DNA of 32,000 nt from Pseudomonas sp. ABC1 (lineage in GTDB: Bacteria > Pseudomonadota > Gammaproteobacteria > Pseudomonadales > Pseudomonadaceae): contig NZ_CP058349.1 of assembly GCF_013395055.1 (NCBI RefSeq), positions 596,630 to 628,629 on the forward strand, read 5' to 3'. Numbering within the stretch: position 1 is the first letter of the stretch; each line of letters opens with the position of its first letter. Positions 8,601-20,800 of the stretch are shown here, piece by piece. The notes under the pieces were generated by a model. It did no database searches. It was not told the DNA's origin and saw nothing but the letters and a program-made list of their open reading frames with translations. A program made the position numbers and the translations under genes.

Positions 8601-11600
8601 GATCGAGGCCGCGCTGTTGCGAATTGAGGGGGTCAAGAGCGCCGTCGCGCTGGCTGTCGGCGAGCGGGAAAAATCCCTGGCAGCCTTCGTGGTGCCGCAG
8701 GGAACGGCGCTATTCAGTACGCAACCCACCGATCCGCTGCTACCCGCCGACTATGCCGCACTGCTGCCGATTGCTCAGTGGAGTGCAGAACAAGCCGGGC
8801 AAGAGCAGGAAGCCGATATGGCGCGTCTGGTGGCGGGCTTTCTGTATGAACACCTGACCCGCCAAGGCTTGGAGCTATCCGGCCGGATCACTGTGCAAGA
8901 GGTACTGGCCCAATACGGTGCCGAGCCGCAATGGGCAGGCTTGCTGACACGCTGGCTGGAGTCTCTGTGCCAAGCAGGCTACCTGCAGCGCCTGGCCGAT
9001 GGCGGCTATACATCGGTGGAAACAGTGCCGCCTGCCTGGCAACCGCCTGGCGAGCACCCGTTGCGGGAAGCCGCCAACATGTTGTTGACGCACCATGTTG
9101 CGCTCGCCCAGATTCTGCGGGGCGAACGGCCTGCCCAGACGCTGCTGAACCATCCGTTTTGGGCACCGGAGCAGTTGCTGCTGCGTGTGCCGGGAACGCA
9201 AGAAGCCATCAGAATACTGGCCACCACGATACAGACCCTGGCAAAAACATTGGGTCGTCCGGTAAAGCTGCATGAAGTGGGCGCTCGCAGCGGTCTGGCT
9301 GCGGCGCAGTTGCTCCAGCATCTGACTGCCGCAGAAGTGGCATACACCGCCTGGGACGAATCGCCAGAGATGGTGCTTCGCGTCGCGGAAAGGTTGCAGC
9401 GTTACTCGCATGCAGATAGTCGGCGCTGGCATGCCGACGTGCCGCAAGAACAGTTGCACCAGGCCGATCTGGTCTGGGCCAACAATGCCTTGCACCGACT
9501 GGGGGATGCCGGCATACAGGCGGTACTGGCCTTGGCTGCACCTGCGGCTCTGGTTTTCGTACAGGAGTTGCATCAGGTCTCCAGCCTGGCACTGGTCTCC
9601 AGTGAATTGCTGGCAGATGGCTTGGATGGTGGCTTGGCCCGGCGACTGCACGATACCGATTGGTGGCAGGAGTTGCTCGGCAGACAAGGTATGCACAACG
9701 AGGCCCAAACGCTGTTGGGCGATGTGCAATGCCTGGTGGCGCGCGCGCCGCAAGATGTTCTGAGTCCAGATGCCGACAGGCTTTCCCAGGCATTGCGAGG
9801 ACTGCTGCCGGGCTACATGGTGCCGCAACGGCTGTTCTTCCTGGATGCCTTGCCGTTGACCGCCAATGGCAAAGTGGATCACCGCGCTTTGCTGGAAAGC
9901 TGCAGCCAATCTCCTTCTCAGGTGGGCGCCGAGCGACCGTTGCCACTGGGCGACAAGGAACAGGCCATCGCTGCGCTGTGGCGCGACCTGCTGAATGTGG
10001 AGCACCTCTACCGTGACAGCCATTTCTTCCGCCTGGGCGGCGATAGCCTGCTGGCGACTCGCCTGATCGGGGAATTGAGCCGGCGCGGCTACTCGGCAGG
10101 ACTGGGCGACCTGTTCGACTTCCCGACACTGGCGGCATTTGCCGAAACCGTACACTGCGGCGAGACCCTGGCAACGCATGGCCTGCGCCATGATCCAGCC
10201 AGTCGCTACACACCTTTCCCGCTGACGGATGTCCAGCAAGCCTATCTGGTCGGACGTCAGCCGGGCTTTGCGCTGGGCGGAGTTGGCTCACACTTCTTCG
10301 TCGAGTTCGAGGTCGATGACCTGGACGTTCCCCGCTTCGAGTGGGCCATGAACCGGCTGGTCAGTCGACATGACACTTTGCGGGCCATTGTGCAGGACGG
10401 TATGCAACTGGTGCTGCCACAGGTGCCGGACTTCAAGTTGCCATGTCACCCAGTGGCCGACCTGAATGATGATGCAACCGTGGCATTGCGCGAGCGATTG
10501 GCTCGGCAAGTACTCGACCCATCGCGCTGGCCGGTCTTCGATATTCAGGCCGCCATGGTGGATGGCGGAGCCAAGGCCAGCCTGTTCGTATGTCTGGACA
10601 ACCTGATGCTCGATGGACTGAGCATGCAAATCCTGCTCGCTGAGCTGGAACAGCTCTACACCAGCCCAGAACAAGCCTTGCCAGCGCTGGAGATTGGCTT
10701 TCGGGACTATCTGGAGCACATGCAACTGCGCAGGGTTAACGAAGTTTCGGTGGCGTACTGGGCTCGCCGCGTGGAGAGCCTGCCACCGGCTCCACGCCTG
10801 CCACTACGCTGTGAGCCTGGTGACGTGGGTATCCCGCATTTTGCGCGACTCTCGGCCTGGCTCTCTGCTCCACAGTGGGAGGCGCTCAAGGCCCGCGCCC
10901 GGGCCGAGGGGTTGACCCCTTCGGCACTGTTGCTCTCTGCGTATGCCGCAACCTTATCGGCCTGGGCGGAACGCGACGACCTGTGCCTGAACCTGACGCT
11001 CTTCGATCGGCAGCCCCTGCACCCCCAGATCGAACAAGTGCTGGGCGACTTCACGACCTTGCTGCTGTTGGCCTGGCAACCGGCTGCAGATTGGCGCAGC
11101 AGTGCTCATGGATTGCAGCAGCGCCTACGCCAGGACCTCTTGCATCGCGACGTTTCAGCCATTCAGGTGATGCGTCAACTCGCCCAGCGGGCAGGACAAG
11201 CGGCTGCGGCCATGCCTGTGGTGTTTACCAGCGCACTGGGCTTCGAGCAGGAACGCTTCCTGGCACATGCCTCTTGGATGAAACCGCGATGGGGGCTTTC
11301 ACATACGCCACAAGTCTGGCTCGACCACCAGGTTTACGAGTCCGAGGGCGAGCTGCGTTTCAACTGGGACTATGTACAGGAGCTGTTCGAGCCGCAGCAG
11401 ATTCAGACCATGTTCGATCGCTATGTGGCACTGCTACAGCGGCTGGCGACCGACGATGCAGCGTGGAGCCAACCACTGGAAACGCTGGTGCCCCGCTTGG
11501 AAGGGATCGCCAGGGTTGCTTCATCGCCGCCCGCGCAACCTGCGCCTGAAATACCGGCAGAGGCCGCGGTGCTGCGGGCTGATGACGCTCTGGTGCAAGC

Positions 11601-11898
11601 GTTGTGCCGGCATTTCGAGCTGGTGGTCGGGCGTCCGATTCAGCCGCGCCAGTCTTTCTTCGATGCAGGCGCTACCTCTCTGAAGCTGGTTCAGTTGCAT
11701 GTGCATCTGACCCAGGTCGGTCACGACGGTCTGCTGGTCACCGATCTGTTTGCCCAAGCCACTCCGCTGGCCTTGGCGACACACCTGCACGGCCATTCGA
11801 GTGTGGCGAATGACACCGACAGCATCAACGAGGAACGCCGCGAACTGTTGGCGCAACGCAAGGCCAGGGCTCAACGCCGGCGTGGGAGCATAGTGTGA
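5668..11898 (+). CDS. irp2: HMWP2-type NRPS: ArCP-Cy-A(Cys, with ~350-aa MT-fold insertion)-PCP-Cy-PCP
   Basis: I prefer the ATG at 5668 (AAGGAG at 5653-5658) over the TTG at 5593. Carrier serines: LGLDSM (Ser 5806-5808), [10 protein letters not shown] (~10045) and [10 protein letters not shown] (~11670). Cy domains: [14 protein letters not shown] with DLLVLDAAS (D at 6406), and [14 protein letters not shown] with DNLMLDGLS (~10596-10623). A domain: [15 protein letters not shown] (7801-7845), [29 protein letters not shown] (Cys-type signature as in PchE/PchF/HMWP2), [20 protein letters not shown] (~8548-8610) and LPGYMVP...NGKVDHRAL (~9805-9895). The size and domain order match my recollection of HMWP2 (about 2035 aa). 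Confidence 0.9.
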   Translation: [2076 protein letters not shown]

Positions 11899-14800
11899 AT
11901 ATTGAAGAACTCTTGAATCATCATTACCCGGACTGCGAGCCAATCGCGGTGATCGGCTATGCCAGTCGCTTCCCTGAAGCCGCTGATAGCGATGCCTATT
12001 GGGCCAATCTGGTTGCCGGGCATGAGTGCAACCGGCAATTCTCCCGCCAGGAACTGCTGGATGCCGGTATTCCAGCATCCGTCATCGACGATCCGGCCTA
12101 TGTGCCGCGTGGCACCGTGGTGCCCGATGCCGACGCTTTCGATGCAGAGCTGTTTGGCTATTCGCGCCAGGAAGCCGAACTGATCGACCCGCAACAGCGC
12201 CTGTTTCTGCAGATGGCCTGGCACGCGCTGGAACACGCGGGCTATGCGCCCAAGGCAGTGCCACACAAGACTGGCGTATTCGGCTCGGGCCGGATCAGTA
12301 CTTATCCAGGGCGTGGGGCCATCAATATCGCCGAAGTGGCCCATGTGCGCAGCCTTCAATCGCTGATGGGCAACGACAAGGACTATGTGGCGACAAGGGC
12401 TGCCTACAAGCTGGACCTTCGCGGTCCTGCCATGACCGTGCAGACAGCATGCTCAAGCTCGCTCGTGGCCACCCATATGGCCTGCGAAAGCCTGCGCTCG
12501 GGCGAATGCGACATGGCCATTGCCGGTGGGGTTGCCGTGTCTTTCCCGCAAGTAAGCGGCTATTTGTACCAGCAAGGCATGATTTTCTCGCCAGATGGGC
12601 ATTGTCGGCCTTTCGATGCACAGGCCCAAGGCACTTATGGCGGCAATGGCGTGGCGGCTGTGGTGCTTCGACGCCTGTCCGACGCCCTGCGCGATGGTGA
12701 CCCGATCGCCGCAGTGGTGCTGGGTAGCGCCATCAACAACGATGGCAGTCAGAAAGTTGGCTATACCGCACCGTCCGTACTCGGGCAGCGCGACGTGATA
12801 GCCGATGCCTGGAGCCTGGCCGGAGTACGCAGCCAGCAAATCGGCATGATCGAGGCCCACGGCACGGCCACGCCTCTGGGCGATTCGATCGAATTGCAGG
12901 CACTGCATGGCGTCTTCCACTCCCCTGACCAGGGGCCAGCCTGCGCGCTGGGGTCCGTCAAGAGCAACATGGGGCATCTGGATACAGCGGCCGGTATCGC
13001 CAGTTTCCTCAAGGCGGTACTGGCGGTCGAGCATGGCACGATCCCTCCATGCGTGAATTTCAGCCAGGCCAATCCGGCATTGCATCTGGAGAGCGGGCCG
13101 TTCTATGTACCCAACGATGCACAGCCCTGGGAGGCTCCGGTGCGCGTGGCTGGGGTTTCGTCCTTTGGTATTGGTGGCACGAACTGCCATATGGTCGTGG
13201 CGTCTCTGCCGCGAGAGTTGCAACAGCAATCCAGGTCTGACAGCGACAAAGAACACGGCACCGAGGATGTATTGCTGTTGAGTGCCAACAGTGAGGCGGC
13301 CTTGCAGCGCTTGGCGGGTGCATACGCGACCGCGTTGCAAGAGCAACCTGCCGCTGATGTGGCTCGCACGGCGTTGACTGGTCGTCTGCTCACTATGCCA
13401 TGGCGTCTGGCCGTGCCCGTATGCGATGAAACCGTGGAAGCCCTGCATGCCTTTGCTGGAGGTGAGGACGACATCCTAGTTCAGACCGGGCATGGCGCGA
13501 CAGGCAGACAGGTGTGGTTGTTTACCGGCCAGGGTTCCCAATGGCCAGGTATGGCGAAAACCTGGCATGACAGTTCACCGGCATTTGCAGCAGGTCTGGC
13601 CCGTTGCCTGGCGGTTTTCGACGCTCAAGATCACACATTCGCTGATGGCTTGCGCAAGGCATTGCTGGAGCCCGTAGATGGCTTGCTCCAGAGCATGGAA
13701 TACGCCCAACCCGCCATCGTGGCCTTCGAGTTGGCGATGGCCGCGCATTGGCAGGCGCAAGGTTTAATGCCAGACATGGTGCTGGGCCATTCGGTCGGTG
13801 AGTTCGCGGCAGCGGTCGTAGCCGGACACTACACCCATGAACAGGTCTTGCCCCTGGTGCGCAGGCGCGGTGTATTGATGGACAGATGCAGCGGTGGCGC
13901 GATGCTATCGGTGTTTGCTGACGAGGCCAAGGCCATGCCCGTTGCCACACGCCTGGGACTGGATCTGGCTGCGTGCAATGGCGAGCGGCATCTGGTGTTT
14001 TCCGGTGAGCGTGACCTGATCGCAAAGCTGGCCGCTGAACTGGAAAGCATGGATGTTCGCACCAAACCACTGATAGTCACGGGGGCGGCCCATTCACGGA
14101 TGCTCGACTCGATACTGGATGAGTTCGGGCAAGCCACAAACCGCTTGCATGCACAGGCTGGCACGATCGCGTTCATCTCGGGCCTGACCGGCGATGTGGT
14201 GGACGCGGCACAGTTGAACCAGCCGGATTTCTGGCCGAACCATATGCGCCGCCCAGTGCGATTCATCCAATGCCTGCACAAGGCTCTGGAAGACGGCGCT
14301 GGCCTGTTCCTGGAAATGGGACCAGATGCCCCCTTGGCCGGTATCGGCCAGCGGGAGCTGGGCAGCGCCGCACATTGGGTGGCCAGCGCCAGGCGCAATC
14401 AATCGGCGCAGCGCCCGTTGCGTCAGGCATTGATGCAATTATTCGTGGCCGGCCTCGATCTGCCTTGGCCTGAGCGATTGGGTGGGTCGGGCCACAAGTG
14501 CCATGCACCACTGTATCCCTTTGAGTTGCAGCGCTACTGGCGCGATGCACCTGCTGCGGGAACGACGATGAGCAGCGCGCCACAGTTCCTGCCGAGCACC
14601 AGTCTGCCGAAAGCGCGCAGTGTGGTGTTGCAGGAAGCACAAACGTTGGACCTGCCGCGCCTGGAAGCGCTGTACCGCTGCGTTGTCAAACTGCATGCCA
14701 TCTACGTTGATCGGTTGGTGCGGCGTTGTGTGGGAGATCGCATCGACCTGGGCGTGACGGTGCTGGATATCCTGCGCGACGGGCGCCTGTTGCCACGACA

Positions 14801-17800
14801 TCGACAGTTGCTGGCGAGACTGCTCAATGCCTGCGCAGAGGATGGCTATCTGCAACGGCAGGATGGCCGCTACGCCACGCGAACCGCTGCACCTCACGCA
14901 GACCATGACCGCTTGCTCGACGAACTGAAGGGGTATTGCGAAGGCCTGGACGTGATTGCCGACACTGTGCAGCGTGCGGGTGCCAGCCTGTACGAAATGA
15001 TGAGTGGTGCGATTGAGCCCGTGGCCATCATCTTCCCGGAAGGCGCATCCAGCGGTGTGGAAGTGCTGTATCAGGATTTCAGCTTCGGACGCTACTTCAA
15101 CCAGATTGCCGCAGGTGTAGTTGCCGATCTGGTACGCAGCCGAGGAGAGCCGGGCCAGCAGCAACCGGCATACCAGGTACTGGAAGTGGGTGGCGGCACC
15201 GGCGGCACCACCGCCTGGGTGCTGCCTGCGCTTTCTGGCAAGAAAGGCGTGCACTATGTGTTCACGGATATTTCGCCAATCTTCACCCGCCGCGCCGAAC
15301 AGAAGTTCGCCAGCTTCGATTTCGTCGAGTTCCGGGAATTCGACTTGCAGAAAAGTGCGGCGTCACAAGGCTTCGTTGCGGGCGATTTCGATCTGATCGT
15401 GGCAGCCAACGTCATCCATGCCACGCAGCATGTGGGCGACACGCTGACGAACTTGCTGCCCTTGCTCAAACCGGGCGGCAAGCTGCTGATGCGCGAGATC
15501 ACCCGCCCCATGCGTCTGTTCGATTTCGTCTTTGGCCCGCTGGTACTGCCGCTGCATGATGAACAAGCCCGAGGTGGTGAACTGTTCCTGAGTACGGCTC
15601 ACTGGCGTGAGCAGTGCCTGGCCGCTGGGTTCGCTCAGGTCGAATGGCTGCCGGAGGACGGGACGGCCACGGCAGACATGAGTGAGCACATCGTGCTGGC
15701 GACGGCCCCAGGCGCATCTGCCATCCAGGCTGCGTCCATGCGACTGGGTAGCGGCCTGCTGGGACAGGCGCTCACCAACGACGGTTGCTACCTCGCTGAC
15801 TGGTCTGATTGCGCAGATCAGGAGCGTGAATGGATGGATCGGGTTGACGCGGCATGCCGGGAATTGGCACACCGCCATGGCGATGGCAGGCATGTGCCGA
15901 TCGTCAAGGTGCCCACGCGAGCGCCAGAATGGTTGAGCCTGGTGCGCCTGCAGTGGCAGGCCAGGCTGATGCAGCCTGCACAAATCGAATTGGCGTTGCT
16001 CACCCCCGATGGTGCCTGGCAAGACCTGTCTGCCAAGCATTCGGATAATGGCAGTGGACTGCCCATGCTTTCGGCAACACCGGACACCCACTATGACTGG
16101 TGCTGGGAGCGTATTGGCCGAAGTTCAAGCGAGATACCCCCGGGAAATTTCCGTCTGGCCCAGCAATCGGGTGAGGCTTTGGCGGATGAACTGGCGCAGG
16201 CAGGCATTACTCTGGACGGCAATGCCAAAGAGGTGTTGCTGGTGTTGCCTACCGCCGCCAGCCTGGAAACGGTAGCCGATGCCGTACTTGGCACGCTTGC
16301 CGATCAACCAGGCGGCCGGATCGTGATGGTGACACGCTCGGCCTGGGCGCTGGACGATGGCGAGCCCGTCGACGCTGCCCACCACGCCGCCTGGGGCCTG
16401 GTTCGCACTGCCGCCGTTGAACTGGCCACCCAGAATGCGGGACGCATCATCGTGGCAGTCGATCTTGCCGCCGCTGCGTCGTGGGAGGATCTGATCATCG
16501 GCTTGCAAAGCGTAACGGACGGTGCCCAGTGGGTTGCCGTGCGCCAGGGACATGCCTTAACGCCTCGGCTGCAATCGCATCGCCATGCCGCCGCTGCACT
16601 GGATGGACGGAGCCTGCAAGGCGATGCTTGGCATGTGGTGACAGGCGGGTTGGGAGGCCTTGGCCGATTGAGTGCGGCATGGCTGGCCAGCCGCGGCGCA
16701 CGCCGGATTGCATTGCTTGCGCATCGCGAGCATGACGATGCTGTCGATTTCATTGCGCATCAGCAGCAATGCCATGGCGCCACGTTGACGTGCCGGGTCT
16801 GCGACGTTGCCGACCTTGATGCCCTCGACGCCGTATTGAGCGATCTGCAGGCCGATGGCGGCGTGGCGGGCGTGATTCATGCTGCAGGTTTACTGGATGA
16901 CGGCCCGATCTCGGCTTGGAGTGTTGATAGGCTGGCCCCGGTGCTGGCGGTCAAGGCCCATGCGGCGCGACGCATTTACGACAGACTGCGCGAGGTCAAT
17001 AGTCAGTCCTATCTGCTGCTGTACTCCTCGGCAGCGGCCGCCCTGGGCAGTGCGGGCCAGGCAGGCCACGCACTGGCAAGCGCCTATCTGGATGGCCTGG
17101 CTTATGAGGCAGCAGCCAAGGTTGGCAACCCGGTTCAGGTCACGTCCATTGCTTGGGGAGCCTGGGGAGAAACCGGCCGTGCAGCGGACGAAAGTTTGCA
17201 GGCTGCGCTGGCCCAGGATGGCATGGGCGTGTTGAGCGATGCCGAAGGACTGTGGCACCTGGAACAGGCTATCTCACGGGGCGCTCCCTATCGTCTGGCG
17301 ATGCGCGTGCTGCCAGAGCATCTGGATGATCGTCGCAAGCAGCTACTGGGCCTGACACAGGCGCAAGCGCAGCAAGCCATCACCCGAGTAGCGCAGGAGA
17401 CTCCCGCGTCAGGGCAAGCCCAGGACATGGATCTGCCAGCAGACAAGCTGGTCGATGCTGCCGCTGTCGCGCAATGGCTGGCGGCCCAGATTGCCGCGCA
17501 ATTGCGACTGGACAATCCTGCACGCCTGTCCCCCAAGCGCGACTTGGTTCAATTGGGGCTGGACTCTCTGCTGTTTTTGGAGCTGAACAGCACGATTCAG
17601 CGTCGCCTGGGTGTGCGTATCGAGGCTGCGCAAGCCTATCAGGACTTGACGATCGACGGCTTGAGTCGACTGATCGCCGCACAATCGACGCAAATTCCTG
17701 GAACTCTACCGCAGCCAGCGCAACTGGAGCACGATGCCCAGGGACGCTTTCAACCGTTCCCGCTAACGCCGATTCAGCATGCCTATTGGATGGGCCGAAC

Positions 17801-20800
17801 CAGCCTGATCGACTACGGTGGCGTGGCCTGCCATGTGCTGTTCGAGTGGGATCTGCACCGTGATCAATTCGATCTGGAACGCCTGGAACAGGCCTGGAAT
17901 GCGCTGGTGCACCGCCATGACATGCTGCGCATGGTGATTGGTGATGACGGTCAGCAGCGGGTTCTGGAGGACGTTCCCGATTACCGGATCGAGCGGCGCG
18001 CCCCCTCGACGCTTTCTGCCGCAGAGCGGGAGCGGCTGTTGGCCGATACCCGGCGCGAGCTGTCCTATCGCGTTCTGCCAGCGGATCGTTGGCCGCTGTT
18101 CGAGCTGATTGCCACCGATCTGGATGGTGAATGCTACCGACTGCATATGAACCTGGATCTGCTGTTGTTCGATGTGCAGAGCTTCAAGGTGATGATGGAC
18201 GACCTGGCGGCGCTCTATCGCGGCGACAGCCTGGAACCCCTGCAGATCACCTTCCGCGATTACGTGCTCGGTGAGCAGGAACGTCACCAGAGCCAGGAAT
18301 GGCTCAAATCCTGGTGCTACTGGCAGGACTTGCTGCCAGACCTGCCGCCCGCGCCGAGACTGCCGCTGTCCGAATGCGATCTGAATGGCAGGCAGCCGAA
18401 CTTCACGACCTATCAGGCGGTACTGGACCGTGAAAGCTGGGGGCGGCTGAAACAGGAATGGCAGTCCTGGGGCGTGACGCCTTCGGCTGCGTTGATGACG
18501 CTGTTTGCCGGGACGCTGGAGCGCTGGGCGCGCTGGCCTGCCTTCACGCTGAACCTGACGTTCTTCAATCGACGGCCGGTGCATCCGCAGATGAGCCAGT
18601 TGATCGGAGATTTCACTTCCGTGCTGCTGGTCGATTTCGACCTGAGCGACCCGTCCGTCACCTTGCGCCAGGCTATTGAACACACCCAGCAGCGCTTGCG
18701 CCAGCATCTGGCGCACAGCCAGGTCAACGGCGTGGAATTGCTGCGTGAAGTGGGCCGCATCCGTGGGCAGACACATCAACCGCTGATGCCGGTGGTATTC
18801 ACCAGCATGCTGGGCATGACGCTGGATGGCCTGGCCATCGACCAGGCGATGACGAGCCTTCTTGGCGATCCCGTGCATGTCTTCACGCAGACCCCGCAGG
18901 TCTGGCTGGACCACCAGGTCATGGAGATTGACGGTGAGCTGGTGTTCAGTTGGTACTGCATGGACGAGGTGCTGGCCGAAGGCGCCGCACAACGCATGTT
19001 CGAGGATTTCCACGCAGTCCTGCGGGCCGTGGCGCTGCACCCGCAACGGATGGAGCAGCCGGGGCTGTGGAAGCTGTCCGAAGGCTCACATGAGTTGCAA
19101 CCGTTCGGGCGCCACGGATGGCCTGCCGTCAGTGCGGGCAGCAAGGTAGATCAGCGTGACATCGAAGCGATCGCGTGGCAACAGGATGGCGTCTTGCTGG
19201 CCGATGTGCGGCAGCATGACAACTCGGACGGGTTACTGGTGAAGGTCGTGGCGGCACAGCGCGGCTACTCACCCGGCAGTCTGCCCGGGCCCGCCCTGGA
19301 AAACCCGCCAGACCTGGCTGCGCTGGACGACGCCGAACAGCAGTTGTTCGATGCGGTGTGGGCCGCGTTGGAAGCCCGCGCCCTGCATGGCATTGCTGCC
19401 ACGCTGGCAAGCCACGGTCTGTTCGTGCAGGAGCGTCAAGCCGCAGACCTGGACAGCATCTACCAGCGCCTGAAGGTACTGCCACAGTTCGAGCGTATCG
19501 TGCGCCAATGGCTTCGCGCCCTGTGCAGCGCGGGTTGGCTGCATCAGGACGACAGGAGTTTCGTGTGCCTGCGGCCCCTGAGCCAGATGCCCGCTCCGCC
19601 TGCAGCTCCGACCAGCGCCTGGGGCGACACCCTGGCCGCCTATCTCGACCGCAGCATGGAATGCCACGCGCAACTGTTGCAGGGCACTCGCTCGGCTCTG
19701 GAGCTGTTCTTCGTCGATGACTACGCCATCACCCGCGCTCTGTATGCGGAAAACCCCGCCGCGCAGTGTGTGACGCGGAATGTGGAACGCATCGTGCGAG
19801 CGCTGGGACAAATTGACGAGACGGCTGACGGACTACGCGCCCTGGAGGTCGGCGCAGGCACCGGCGCGACCACGGGCGCGGTGCTGGACGCGCTTGGCAA
19901 ACACCTTCACAGCTATCACTTCACCGATGTCTCCACGTTTTTCCTGGACGAAGCGCGCAAGCGGTTCGCCGACCGTGACGATCTGGCCTATGGCATCTTC
20001 GACATCAATCAGCCCGTCGACTACACGCAGCACCCGGTCGAAGGCTATGACCTCGTGGTTGCCGCCCAGGTGATGCACGACGCCAGCCATGTGGTGCGCT
20101 CACTGCGCCGGGTCGGCAGCCTGATGAAGCCCGGTGCGCGCCTGGTACTGATCGAGGCGACCCATCGAGACAGCTTGTTGCAGATGGCCAGCGTGGGCTT
20201 CATTGAGGGCTTGGGAAATTACCAGGATGAGCGCGCCATCGACGACCGGGCGATGTTGGATCTGGCTCAGTGGCGCGAGGCACTGCAAGACGGTGGCTTC
20301 GCTTTGGAGCTGGCTTGGCCGGAATCGGAGGCATCGCCTATTCACCAGCATGTGATCGTGGCACGACTGGTGCGAGCTGCCCATGTCGATTGTGCGGCGG
20401 TGGAACAGACGCTACTGCGCCATTTCAATGGGGCATTGCCAGCGGTTGAGGTGCGGCAGAGCGAACCGCAGAACATGTTCACGCCTGAGCTGTCTTGCGC
20501 GTCAAAAAGCACCGCCACACAAGCTTTGGACGCGGCAGCGCCAGTTGTGCCCGTCGATGCCGGCGGGACTCCCGACGAAACGTTGATGAACAGCGTGGCG
20601 CAGGTCTGGCAGACCTTCCTTGGCAGGCCGGTGAATCCTGCCAGCGATTTCTTCCACAGCGGCGGCGACAGCCTGATAGCAACCCGTGTCATCGCCCAGC
20701 TCAACCGGACCGGCGTTGTGGGTTCCAGCCTGCAAGCGCTGTTTGCCCATCGGACGTTGGCCGCTTTCTGCGCCACGCTCAAAGGAACCAGGAATATGGA

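Noticed and set aside
11655-11697. Third carrier domain of the HMWP2-like protein has [10 protein letters not shown] instead of the usual GGDS/GGHS core
   Set aside because: The phosphopantetheinyl Ser is retained, and variant cores occur in functional carrier proteins. This is probably normal for the PCP2 position.
14075-14105. AT-domain specificity motif reads GAAHS where malonyl (HAFH) or methylmalonyl (YASH) signatures are expected
   Set aside because: Without an alignment I cannot be sure this is the homologous position, or whether HMWP1 itself has the same residues. It is not interpretable as unusual substrate choice.
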